A DNA stretch of 41,507 nucleotides from an uncultured Rikenellaceae bacterium (GTDB lineage Bacteria > Bacteroidota > Bacteroidia > Bacteroidales > VadinHA17). The position numbers and the translations under genes are program-made. The notes beneath the pieces are model-generated. The model made no database searches and was not told the origin of the DNA. It was given only the letters and a program-made list of their open reading frames with translations. Within the stretch, counting starts at the first letter, position 1; each line of letters begins with the position of its first letter. Location: contig CAZGUR010000001.1 of NCBI GenBank assembly GCA_964529295.1, positions 7,855 to 49,361 of the forward strand, written 5' to 3'. Shown piece after piece: positions 9,062 to 17,549 of this stretch.

Positions 9062-9841
9062 TTAAAAGAATTCCCATGAAAAGATGCTTTTTATTATAAT
9101 ATTGTCGGCCGGATCAGTTAATCCGAAGCCCACTCCTGCGTGCCACCTGAACTGTGAATATTTCCCGAAGAAAAAATCAAAGGAGGGGAAAATATAGTTT
9201 TTCTGATTGCCGAAACTGCTTATATCATACAGTTCTCCCATTTTTGAGTAATATTCAATCCTGGGCTGGAACCTGAGGCTTCTGATAAATGCGTAGGCTC
9301 CGTTAAGGGCAAACTCAAGTCCCTCTTCACTGTCGGGACCGCTTATCTTTTTCTCAAAGGTGGGATTGAGAATAAAGCGGTGCGAGCCATAATCCTTTTC
9401 CATGATCAGCTTGAACTCAAGCTCCTCGGCTAATCCGTAACCCTTCCTGGGCAGTTTGTATTCACCATACAGGGCAAGGTCAACAGGCAGCTGTCCTTTT
9501 TCAAAGAGCGAATAGTGAAACATTACGGCCTTTGTCCTTACCCGTTTCAGGTTTTCACCCCGCGGCTGCTCAAAGTCCATATAGAAGGCTACGGTCCATG
9601 TGGGACTGAGACCGTATTCAAACTCTATGGAATGGGCAAACAGGCCTTCGCGGCTGATATCATTACCGAAGAAGCTGTAATCATGGTCTGAAGAAGGGAT
9701 ATAGGAGGTCCAGTATACCAGCTCTTTCTCGCTGGGATCGAGTGTTGTATATCCGTATACCTGGTAGAACTGTGCACCGGCGGTACCTGCCATCATAATA
9801 AATAACGCGCAGAACAGAATAATTTTGGAATGATTTTTCAT
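9062..9841 (-). CDS. Small outer-membrane beta-barrel protein
   Basis: 259 aa. Signal peptide 'ALFIMMAGTAGAQ'. Alternating amphipathic strands and a C-terminal aromatic signature '...IFSWEFF' are typical of BAM substrates. The size suggests roughly 12-14 strands. It ends 21 bp upstream of the cytochrome gene start. Confidence 0.75.
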   Translation of the reverse strand: MKNHSKIILFCALFIMMAGTAGAQFYQVYGYTTLDPSEKELVYWTSYIPSSDHDYSFFGNDISREGLFAHSIEFEYGLSPTWTVAFYMDFEQPRGENLKRVRTKAVMFHYSLFEKGQLPVDLALYGEYKLPRKGYGLAEELEFKLIMEKDYGSHRFILNPTFEKKISGPDSEEGLEFALNGAYAFIRSLRFQPRIEYYSKMGELYDISSFGNQKNYIFPSFDFFFGKYSQFRWHAGVGFGLTDPADNIIIKSIFSWEFF

Positions 9842-9920
9842 CTTGTATTACTGCTTAAGGAAAATTTGCACCTCCAATGTAAGAAATTTTTTTGAGAGAT
9901 GAAGAGAAATATAACGGATG

Positions 9921-9980
9921 TCCTGAGATCTCCTGAGATATCCTGATATATCCTGAGATGTCCTGATATATCCGGACATT
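9921..9980. repeat. Six tandem copies of a 10-bp unit (TCCTGAKATN)
   Basis: Read directly: tcctgagatc tcctgagata tcctgatata tcctgagatg tcctgatata tccggacatt. The period is exactly 10 bp. The array lies 80-140 bp upstream of the OMP/cytochrome cluster start. Confidence 0.9.
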
Positions 9981-10087
9981 ATTGGAAAAGCCGGTGACAT
10001 TATTGTCAGATATATCTGCAGATAGCAGATCTTCTTCCTTGCATTTCCGCCTGTACAGATGATTTCATGGTTGCGTCGGGGCAGCAA

Positions 10088-10837
10088 TTATACAGTCAGC
10101 GAGAAGTAGTTCAAAATAATATCAATCACCTTGTCCACATTATTATTGAAAATACGTATTACCTCCTGCCAGGATACCGGCTCTTCCTCGTGGTGCCATG
10201 AGTCATAGTCGGTGCTCATGGCTATGGTGGCGTAGGGTATGCCCAGCTCGTTGGCCAGTATAGCTTCCGGTGCTATAGACATATTCACCAGGTCGGCTCC
10301 CCAGAGGCGGAACATTTTTGATTCGGCCCGTGTGGAGAACCTGGGCCCTTCAATGGTGATGATGGTGCCTTGTTTATGCAGAGGTATATTGTTGACTGAG
10401 GCCGCCCTGAACAGTCTCTGGCGCATATCATTATCAAATGGATCGGCCATGGGGGTGTGCTTCATATCGCCTGCCTCAAAGGCATCAAAAAAGCTAAGCT
10501 CCCGCCGGCGTGTAAAATCAATAAACTGGTCGGGGATTATTATATCCCCCCTTTTTATCTCTTCCCTCAGGCTGCCGCAGGCTGTGCTGGAGATAATAGC
10601 CGTGCATCCCTGGTCTTTCAGAGCCTGTATATTGGCCCTGTTATTCACCTGTGTGGGAGGTATGGTATGTAAGTGCCCGTGCCTTGAGAGCAGTATCACT
10701 TCCTTATCCTTAATAGTTCCTTTGAGCAGGGGGGATGAGGGAACGCCCCAGCGGGTGTTACAGCTTATCTCTTCCCTGCTTTTCAGGATATCAGGGTTTT
10801 CGAGTCCCGATCCACCTATGATAGCCGTCCTCTCCAT
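10088..10837 (-). CDS. mtnP: S-methyl-5'-thioadenosine phosphorylase
   Basis: 249 aa. 'AIIGGSGL' and 'SRHGHLHTIPPTQVNNRANIQALKDQGCTAIISSTACGSL' are typical of the MTAP / PNP family 2. Its start overlaps the stop of the upstream aldolase-like gene. Confidence 0.85.
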   Translation of the reverse strand: MERTAIIGGSGLENPDILKSREEISCNTRWGVPSSPLLKGTIKDKEVILLSRHGHLHTIPPTQVNNRANIQALKDQGCTAIISSTACGSLREEIKRGDIIIPDQFIDFTRRRELSFFDAFEAGDMKHTPMADPFDNDMRQRLFRAASVNNIPLHKQGTIITIEGPRFSTRAESKMFRLWGADLVNMSIAPEAILANELGIPYATIAMSTDYDSWHHEEEPVSWQEVIRIFNNNVDKVIDIILNYFSLTV

Positions 10838-11436
10838 CAGTCTTCCCCTATATATGACATCAGTATATTGATGGCCTCATCCATATCATTGCCGAAAGTG
10901 ATAATGCCGGATGGATCGCCGCCCATCACCAGTATCCTTTTCTCTATCACATTTGTTTCTTTAAAGAGCCTGAATATATCCAGTGCCAGTCCGGGTGTAC
11001 CATAATCAAACTCCTTCTTTGTTGTTGGCACCCTGTCGATCAGTTTCTCCCACAGCTCCATGCTGTGTACATGGATAATTGCATTGGTGCCCGGATCGGC
11101 GCGGTAGATGGCGCCGTGTGTGAGCGACTCGGAAGAGGCTTTGAGCGGACCGGTGCACCTGACGGCGTTATCTTCAAAGTTACAGCCTTCAACACGTACA
11201 TAATGACCGGGTTCCAGCACCGGTATCTCGCCGGTGGCTGAAGCTGTTATATAAAATTTATTGCTGTCGCCCAGGCGGCAGCTCATATTGCCAAAGCCCA
11301 CACCGTTTTCGTATGCACCTATAAGGTCCATATTGAATAGTACCTCCCTCCAGTAATTCAGAATATTAAAAGGCTCATCGCTTATAACGGGTCCCGACTG
11401 GGTCCAGTAGCAGTTGAATTTAATAACACCCTCCAT
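10837..11436 (-). CDS. Class II aldolase/adducin-fold protein (MtnB-type dehydratase or Ald2-type methylthioribulose-1-P aldolase)
   Basis: 199 aa. 'GNMSCRLGDSNKFYITASATG', 'PLKASSESLTHGAIY' and 'NAIIHVHS' are the class II aldolase core motifs. The gene sits between mtnA and mtnP with 3-bp and overlapping junctions. Confidence 0.8.
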   Translation of the reverse strand: MEGVIKFNCYWTQSGPVISDEPFNILNYWREVLFNMDLIGAYENGVGFGNMSCRLGDSNKFYITASATGEIPVLEPGHYVRVEGCNFEDNAVRCTGPLKASSESLTHGAIYRADPGTNAIIHVHSMELWEKLIDRVPTTKKEFDYGTPGLALDIFRLFKETNVIEKRILVMGGDPSGIITFGNDMDEAINILMSYIGED

Positions 11437-11439
11437 AGT

Positions 11440-12549
11440 TCAATCCGTTTTTTCTGAAAATAATTCACTTATTTCTTTTTCCTCTGCCCTGCATATGCCT
11501 TTTTCAGTTATTAAGGCAGTGATAAGCTCAGCAGGTGTTATATCAAAACCGAAGTTGACAGCCCTGCTGTTTTCAGGACATATCCTTACGCTTACTATAT
11601 TATTATTATACAGGCCCTCAGTGTATTTCACCTCCTTATTATCCCTCTCTTCAATGCTTATATCCTTAAGCCCGTCTTTTATGCTTCTGTCTATGGTGGA
11701 GGTGGGCAGTGCAACATAAAAGGGTATATTATTATGCTTTGCTGCCAGGGCCTTCAGGTAGGTGCCCGTCTTGTTGGCAACATCACCTCTTATGGTTGTG
11801 CGGTCGCTGCCTGTTATTACCATGTCCACCTCGCCCTTTTGCATTAGGTGTCCGCCTGCATTGTCGGTAATGATTGTGTAGGGCACCCCGTGGTTTTCCA
11901 GCTCCCATGCTGTAAGCCTTGCCCCCTGGTTGCGCGGACGTGTTTCATCAACCCATACATGTACCTTAATACCTTTATCATGTGCCAGGTATATGGGTGC
12001 CGTGGCTGTACCGTAATCAATGCATGCCAGCCAGCCTGCATTGCAGTGGGTCAGTATATTCACAGGCTCTCCCTTTTTCGCCTTGCTTATATCTTTTATG
12101 ATTTTCAGTCCTGCTTCTCCTATCTTCTTACAGCTTAGTTTTTCCTCACGGGCTATGGCATTGGCTGTTTTCAGGGAGGTGCTGACCAGCTTGTCGCGCC
12201 GGCAGTGCTGTGCAAGATTGTCTAACTGTTTTCTTACCGCCCACTCCGGGTTGACGGCGGTGGGACGGGCTTCCATAAGGTATCTGGCCGCATTGCGGAG
12301 ATGTTCGCGTGTTTTGGTATAGGCCGTAATCTCCAGGCAGGCCAGGTACATGCCGTAAGCTGCTGCGGCACCTATTAAAGGAGCGCCCCTGAGTGTCATG
12401 TTCCTGATGGCGCTGTGGACATCTTCAACTGTTTTCAGGGTTATTATTTCAAAGCTGAAAGGCAGTTTACTCTGATCTATGATATTTATAAACGTATCAT
12501 CTTCACTATCAAGCCAGATGGATTCATAATGTTTATCACCGATGCGCAT
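11440..12549 (-). CDS. mtnA: S-methyl-5-thioribose-1-phosphate isomerase
   Basis: 369 aa. 'IIDQSKLPF...TLKTVEDVHSAIRNMTLRGAPLIGAAAAYGMYLA', 'ARPTAVN', 'ILTHCNAGWLA' and 'VWVDETRPRNQGARLTAWEL' are hallmarks of the eIF-2B alpha/beta/delta-like MtnA family. Confidence 0.9.
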   Translation of the reverse strand: MRIGDKHYESIWLDSEDDTFINIIDQSKLPFSFEIITLKTVEDVHSAIRNMTLRGAPLIGAAAAYGMYLACLEITAYTKTREHLRNAARYLMEARPTAVNPEWAVRKQLDNLAQHCRRDKLVSTSLKTANAIAREEKLSCKKIGEAGLKIIKDISKAKKGEPVNILTHCNAGWLACIDYGTATAPIYLAHDKGIKVHVWVDETRPRNQGARLTAWELENHGVPYTIITDNAGGHLMQKGEVDMVITGSDRTTIRGDVANKTGTYLKALAAKHNNIPFYVALPTSTIDRSIKDGLKDISIEERDNKEVKYTEGLYNNNIVSVRICPENSRAVNFGFDITPAELITALITEKGICRAEEKEISELFSEKTD

Positions 12550-12830
12550 TCCTCGCTTTTATTTCATTGTCATTGAATTCTCAAAATTAATAAAAAAAAA
12601 GGGATTTGCCCGGCAAAGTATTTTGATTAGTGTAATCGCTGTCCGGACTGTTTTTACCTGCCATATCATAATGATAAAGGCTGTATAAAGCTTTAAGATT
12701 ATTATCTGTAATGAGTGAAAAGATTTTGGTTATTAGAACATTCGACCATTAAATTCCAAAAAACAGACCTGTATATTTCAAATGAAAAATAATATCAATA
12801 TCTTGCACTGATAACACAAGTAATATACAA

Positions 12831-13412
12831 ATGATTGATAAAGATAAATATAGGGAAAGCATTGTGCTTGCCTCAAGTGAAATATTCAGTCGCTTCGGCT
12901 ACAAGAAAACGACCATGGACGAGATAGCCAGGGCCTTGAACAAGGGGAAAAGTTCAATATATTATTATTTTAAGAGCAAGGAGGAGATATTTGAAGCGGT
13001 AATAGATCACGAGGCGCAAGTGCTTAAGGATGAGCTTTCAGCAGTAATAAAAAGGAGTGATGACCCGGAGAGGATATTACGGGCTTATGTGAAGGTAAGA
13101 ATGAGTTCGTTCGAAAAACTGTCAAATTATTACAATGCCATTTTTAACAGGGACCTTGATCATTTTGATTTTATTGAGAAGCAGCGTGAGAAGTATGACC
13201 TTATGGAGATAGCGTTTATCCGTTATATTCTTTGGAGAGGGGTACGTTCGGGTCATTTTAACCTTAAGAACACAGGACTGGCCTCGCTGGCGGTGCAGAC
13301 AGCGCTGAAAGGACTTGAGTTGCCGCTTTTCTGGCAAAAAAGGAATTATATACTGGAAAACCGTCTTGATGCCATTATAGATATTTTGTTTTATGGCATT
13401 GTAAGGAAATAA
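12831..13412 (+). CDS. TetR/AcrR family transcriptional regulator
   Basis: 193 aa. N-terminal HTH 'FSRFGYKKTTMDEIARALNKGKSSIYYYFKSKEEIF'. Divergent from the mtn operon. Confidence 0.85.
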   Translation: MIDKDKYRESIVLASSEIFSRFGYKKTTMDEIARALNKGKSSIYYYFKSKEEIFEAVIDHEAQVLKDELSAVIKRSDDPERILRAYVKVRMSSFEKLSNYYNAIFNRDLDHFDFIEKQREKYDLMEIAFIRYILWRGVRSGHFNLKNTGLASLAVQTALKGLELPLFWQKRNYILENRLDAIIDILFYGIVRK

Positions 13413-13460
13413 GTGAATCTTCTACCTGTCTTTCGGTTTTTTTGCCGCAGACCGGGAAAC

Positions 13461-14261
13461 CTACCCTGCCTTCAGCTTTTTTCGCTGCAGACTGAAAAAC
13501 AGGATAACCACACCTATAGCGATAAAGGGCAGGCTGAGCCACTGTCCCATATTTAGCATCATCCCCGACTCAAAGGCTACCTGGTCCTCCTTTATATATT
13601 CAATGAAAAACCTGAAGACAAAAACAAGGATAAGGAAAAGGCTGAAGGGCAGTCCCCTGATAAACTCACCTTTTTTCCTCCAGTAAATCCTGTACAGTAT
13701 AATAAAGGTGATAAGATAAGCAAGGGCTTCATATATCTGTGTGGGATGCTTGGGCACAGTTTCCCCGTTACGCAGAAAAACAAATCCCCATGGCAGTGTA
13801 GTTTCAATACCGTATATCTCCGAGTTCATCAGGTTGCCCAGCCGTATCATGGCCCCGGCCAGGGCCGCAACAATAACAATGCGGTCGAGAATCCACATAT
13901 AAGGCTTTTTCTCTTTCCTTACAAAAAGCCAGAGGGCCAGCAGTAATCCAACGGCTGCACCATGACTCGCAAGGCCACCGTGCCACACCTTCAGTATCTC
14001 TAAGGGATTGCTTAAATAATATCCCGGCTCATAAAAAAGACAGTGTCCCAGTCGTGCACCCACTATCGTTCCTATGGCTGCATATATTGTAAGACGGTCC
14101 AGCAGCTCTTCTTTCAGGCCTTCATTTTTGAACATCTTTTTAAAGATAAAATACCCGAAAAGAAATCCCGAGGCAAACAGAACACCGTACCAGCGGGGTG
14201 CAAAACTGCCAATCCTGAATACTTCGGGATTAACATCCCATGTTATTATAGCCAGTTCCAT
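13461..14261 (-). CDS. lgt: Prolipoprotein diacylglyceryl transferase
   Basis: 266 aa polytopic membrane protein. 'RWYGVLFASGFLFGY', 'VWHGGLASHGAAVGLLL', 'LGNLMNSEIYG' and 'HPTQIYEAL' are conserved Lgt motifs. Confidence 0.9.
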   Translation of the reverse strand: MELAIITWDVNPEVFRIGSFAPRWYGVLFASGFLFGYFIFKKMFKNEGLKEELLDRLTIYAAIGTIVGARLGHCLFYEPGYYLSNPLEILKVWHGGLASHGAAVGLLLALWLFVRKEKKPYMWILDRIVIVAALAGAMIRLGNLMNSEIYGIETTLPWGFVFLRNGETVPKHPTQIYEALAYLITFIILYRIYWRKKGEFIRGLPFSLFLILVFVFRFFIEYIKEDQVAFESGMMLNMGQWLSLPFIAIGVVILFFSLQRKKLKAG

Positions 14262-14458
14262 GCTTAGTATTGTTTGATACAGAAGCCAAAATTATAAAAA
14301 TTGTTTTAGCATCTGCATAAAATCATGATCTATGTATGATTTTTGTCCTGACAGCCGGAATGGAAAACTCAGGGCTTATGCATATTTTTACCTGGATAAG
14401 CGGAATGAAAAGTAAAAAATTTCATGTAGGTTTGTAATCCTTTATTGTATTTGTACTT

Positions 14459-16567
14459 ATGATATCAGCACGCCATATAAGCAGCATCCTGATTCTTCCT
14501 GCCCTGCTCCTTGCCTCATGTGCAAAAGTTAGCTCGCCGGGCGGAGGACCGGCGGACGAGAATCCACCGGTGGTTATGAAGACCATACCTGACAATGGCT
14601 CCACAGGCTTCAACAGCAGGTCTTTTGAAGTGGTATTCAACGAATATTTTGTGCTGGATAATGTCAGTAGTGAACTGGTGGTGTCGCCACCCCTCAGCAA
14701 GAAACCTGAGATACTGACCCGTGGCATGTCACTGATTGTGAAATTCGATGATGAGGAAACCCTTCATGAGAATGTTACCTACACATTTAATTTCAGGGGA
14801 GCGATAAAGGACCTCAATGAAGGCAACCCGCTGGATAATTATAAATATGTATTCTCAACAGGTGATGTTTTGGACACACTGTCATTAACAGGTTATATAT
14901 ATGATGCTTTTAACCTTGAGGCCGGTGAAGATATACTTGTGATGATGTATTCCGAAAAGGCTGACAGCATGCCGCTGACAACCATGCCCCTGTATATAAC
15001 AAAAGCATCGGAAGACGGTAAATACAGGATAGACAATATTGCAGGCGGTGAATATATGTTGTATGGGCTGAGAGATGAGAATAATACCATGACATATGAT
15101 CTGCAAACGGAAGATTTTGCTTTTGCCGATTCGGCTGTTATCGTTTCTCCTGAAGATAATTATATACCATCCAGGCCCGACACCCTTGCCCTTGCCGCTG
15201 CCGCTGACAGTCTGGTTGCCGACACCCTTGCCGCTGACACCCTAACTGCTGCCGCTGACACCCTTGCCCTTGCCGCTGCCGCTGACAGTCTGGTTGCCGA
15301 CACCCTGACCGCTGCCGCCGACACTCTTGCCGCTGACAGTCTGACCTCTGCCGCCGACACCCTTGCCGCTGACAGTCTGACCCCTGCCGCTGACACTCTT
15401 TTTCCAGGCGCTGTGACTGATACAATCGGGTCGCGGGCAGAAGCTGACATGCTGATACAGGGTGGTAAGGCAGATAGGGTGACTGCTTTTGCAAAGGACG
15501 ATTCATTGAAGTATGAGCATATACCAGGGGAGGAAGCTAATCTGTATTATTTCCGCTCTCTTAACAAGAACCAGTACCTTACGGGCACTTCCCGCACACA
15601 GCCTTACCTGCTGCAGTTTACATTCTCTTTGCCCGTGGATACCTCATCATTTAATATCGCTTTTGCTGATACTGACGATGAGATTGATTATATCAGGGAA
15701 GTGTCGGCCAGTCAGGATACATTTAAAATATGGCTGATGGACAGCAGCTTCTTTTCGCAGGACCTGGTAACTGTTTACCTGCGTCACCCCCGGACCGATT
15801 CGCTCGGACAGCTGCAGATGGTAAGTGATACAGTGAGGCTCCGGTATGCAGCCGTGGCTGCCGGACGGGCGGCGCAGCAGAGGGAGCAGGCGGGTTTGCC
15901 TGTGGCCACAAACCTGTCTCAGCGGACCGGACTGATACCTGGTCAGCTACCTTTCTTCAGCTTTAGTACACCGGTGGAGGATCCGGATACATCACTTATT
16001 CAGCTGTATGTGATGGATGACACAGTTAAAATACGGCAGGATTATGAACTGCGGCGCGACAGCCTCAATATGAAAAGAATTATTATGAACACAGAGCTGC
16101 TGCCTGACAGCTCATATGTTCTGGTAGCTGACAGCGGGGCATTTAAAGATATATATGGCCATCCCAATGACTCGGCAGCCTATTCATTTACCGTGCGAAA
16201 ACCGGATGATTTTGGCAAGCTGATGGTTAACCTTACAGGCTATGAGGGAAATATCATACTTCAGCTTCTTGATAACGATGAAAAAGTTATCAGGGAAAGA
16301 ATAATAAGATTGCCCGATGATAAGACGGTGGAATTTCCATACCTTTCGGATAAAACACATCTGCTGAAGGCTATTATGGATATTAATGGCGACGGGGAAT
16401 GGACAACAGGCGATTATGATCTTAAGAGACAGCCTGAGCCCGTCAGCTATTATCCAAAAAAGATAGAGGTAAAGGCCGGGTGGGAGCTGATAGAGGACTG
16501 GGAGATAAGCGGACTGCGACGGAAAGATGAATCCATCAGCAGCACCAGGGGCGGCAAGAAGAAATAA
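14459..16567 (+). CDS. Large lipoprotein with an N-terminal Ig-like (SbsA/Big_5-type) domain and an internal Ala/Asp/Thr/Leu tandem-repeat tract
   Basis: 702 aa. Lipobox 'LLLASC'. 'DENPPVVMKTIPDNGSTGFNSRSFEVVFNEYF' resembles Ig-like surface-protein domains. A repeat tract lies at aa ~241-314. Confidence 0.7.
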   Translation: MISARHISSILILPALLLASCAKVSSPGGGPADENPPVVMKTIPDNGSTGFNSRSFEVVFNEYFVLDNVSSELVVSPPLSKKPEILTRGMSLIVKFDDEETLHENVTYTFNFRGAIKDLNEGNPLDNYKYVFSTGDVLDTLSLTGYIYDAFNLEAGEDILVMMYSEKADSMPLTTMPLYITKASEDGKYRIDNIAGGEYMLYGLRDENNTMTYDLQTEDFAFADSAVIVSPEDNYIPSRPDTLALAAAADSLVADTLAADTLTAAADTLALAAAADSLVADTLTAAADTLAADSLTSAADTLAADSLTPAADTLFPGAVTDTIGSRAEADMLIQGGKADRVTAFAKDDSLKYEHIPGEEANLYYFRSLNKNQYLTGTSRTQPYLLQFTFSLPVDTSSFNIAFADTDDEIDYIREVSASQDTFKIWLMDSSFFSQDLVTVYLRHPRTDSLGQLQMVSDTVRLRYAAVAAGRAAQQREQAGLPVATNLSQRTGLIPGQLPFFSFSTPVEDPDTSLIQLYVMDDTVKIRQDYELRRDSLNMKRIIMNTELLPDSSYVLVADSGAFKDIYGHPNDSAAYSFTVRKPDDFGKLMVNLTGYEGNIILQLLDNDEKVIRERIIRLPDDKTVEFPYLSDKTHLLKAIMDINGDGEWTTGDYDLKRQPEPVSYYPKKIEVKAGWELIEDWEISGLRRKDESISSTRGGKKK
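15179..15400 (+). repeat. Nested coding tandem repeat: a 78-bp unit duplicated, built from ~15-bp GCYGACASYCTKRCC-like subunits
   Basis: The 50-mer 'gacacccttgcccttgccgctgccgctgacagtctggttgccgacaccct' occurs at 15179 and again at 15257. It encodes DTLALAAAADSLVADTL... followed by ADTLAADSLT variants. The repeat also creates spurious antisense ORFs at 15138..15506 and 15160..15450. Confidence 0.9.
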
Positions 16568-16583
16568 TAAAATTCTTAGAGAT

Positions 16584-17549
16584 ATGAGCAAGGATGTAGT
16601 TGCAGGTATCGATATCGGCGGCACGAACACTGCCTTCGGACTGGTGACAGTGGATGGAGAGATACTGTCCGGCGGAAGGATAAATACTGATACCGATCCG
16701 CAGCCTGATAGTTTTATCAGGAAGCTCAGCAGCGAGATAAATAAGCATGTGGATAAAGCTGGTGGTATCACACTTAAAGGTATAGGTATAGGCGCCCCCA
16801 ATGGCAATTATCATAAGGGTACCATTGAGATGGCTCCCAACCTGGCATGGAAAGGCATTGTCCCTTTTGCCGGTATGATGGAGAAGGAGATAAAAAGGCC
16901 CGTTGTGCTTACCAATGATGCCACGGCAGCGGCAGTGGGCGAGATGATGTTTGGCGGTGCAAAGGGGATGAAGGAGTTTATTATTCTGACACTCGGTACA
17001 GGTCTGGGCAGCGGCTTTGTTACCGGCGGGGAGATAGTTTACGGCACTACAGGCTTTGCCGGAGAATACGGTCATGTCATTATGATACCCGGGGGAAGGG
17101 AATGCGGATGTGGCAGGAAAGGGTGTCTCGAGACCTATGTGTCGGCCACAGGAATAGTGCGTACGACTAAAATATTCCTTGAAGAAAGAAAACAGGACAG
17201 CATGCTGCGTGAGATCAATCCGGCCCTTATCGATTCCAGGCTGATAGCTGAAGCTGCAGGCAAAGGGGATAAACTGGCACTCGATGTATTTGATTATACA
17301 GCCGGGATACTGGCGTTGGCAATAGCCAATGCAGTGGTGGTCACCAGCCCTGAGGCAATATTCCTTTTTGGCGGACTGGCCAAAGCAGGTAAGCTGCTGA
17401 CGGATCCCCTGGATAAATATGTTGAGAAGCTGGTGTTGCCTGTGTTCAGGAACACCTTCCGCATATTACCCTCGGCCATACCCGAAACCAATGGAGCAGT
17501 GCTGGGCGCCGCCGCCCTGGCATGGAAAGAGCTGTGCCGCCGCCCTTGA
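16584..17549 (+). CDS. ROK family sugar kinase (glucokinase-like), copy 1
   Basis: 'GIDIGGTNTAFGLV' ATP-binding motif, 'LTNDATAAAVGE', 'LGTGLGSG', and the ROK zinc motif 'GHV...CGCGRKGCLETYVSA'. I prefer the ATG at 16584 (MSKDVVAGIDIGG) over the ORF-track start at 16527, which overlaps the upstream gene. Confidence 0.85.
   Translation: MSKDVVAGIDIGGTNTAFGLVTVDGEILSGGRINTDTDPQPDSFIRKLSSEINKHVDKAGGITLKGIGIGAPNGNYHKGTIEMAPNLAWKGIVPFAGMMEKEIKRPVVLTNDATAAAVGEMMFGGAKGMKEFIILTLGTGLGSGFVTGGEIVYGTTGFAGEYGHVIMIPGGRECGCGRKGCLETYVSATGIVRTTKIFLEERKQDSMLREINPALIDSRLIAEAAGKGDKLALDVFDYTAGILALAIANAVVVTSPEAIFLFGGLAKAGKLLTDPLDKYVEKLVLPVFRNTFRILPSAIPETNGAVLGAAALAWKELCRRP

Noticed and set aside
7670-9841. MtrAB/PCC-like porin-cytochrome extracellular electron conduit.
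   Set aside because: The adjacent barrel is only 259 aa (about 12-14 strands), far too small to sheath a multiheme cytochrome as the 26-strand MtrB does. No second periplasmic or surface decaheme partner is present. I kept the pair only as part of the broader unknown-function cluster.
9848-10087. 79-aa ORF between mtnP and the OMP gene.
   Set aside because: It translates the 10-bp tandem array into periodic nonsense (SGYIRTSQDISGYLRRSQDI) and has no start context or family resemblance. I treat the region as non-coding regulatory DNA.
12550-12830. SAM riboswitch or leader terminator upstream of mtnA. There is a small hairpin tttgcc-c-ggcaaa at 12605-12617, flanked by A9 on the plus strand (T9 on the minus strand).
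   Set aside because: The stem is effectively 5 bp with a 3-nt loop, and I could not recognise SAM-I or SAM-II conserved cores in the leader. The evidence is insufficient without a covariance-model search (Infernal/Rfam).
15138-15506. 122-aa and 96-aa minus-strand ORFs rich in CQRQ / SAA repeats.
   Set aside because: They are the antisense reading of the Ala/Asp/Thr/Leu coding repeat in the 702-aa lipoprotein. The open frame is a by-product of the repeat.
16527-16583. Longer N-terminal extension of ROK copy 1 from the ORF-track start at 16527.
   Set aside because: The extension (MNPSAAPGAARRNNKILRD) overlaps the end of the upstream lipoprotein gene and precedes the conserved kinase N-terminus. 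The ATG at 16584 gives the canonical 'MSKDVVAGIDIGGTN' start.
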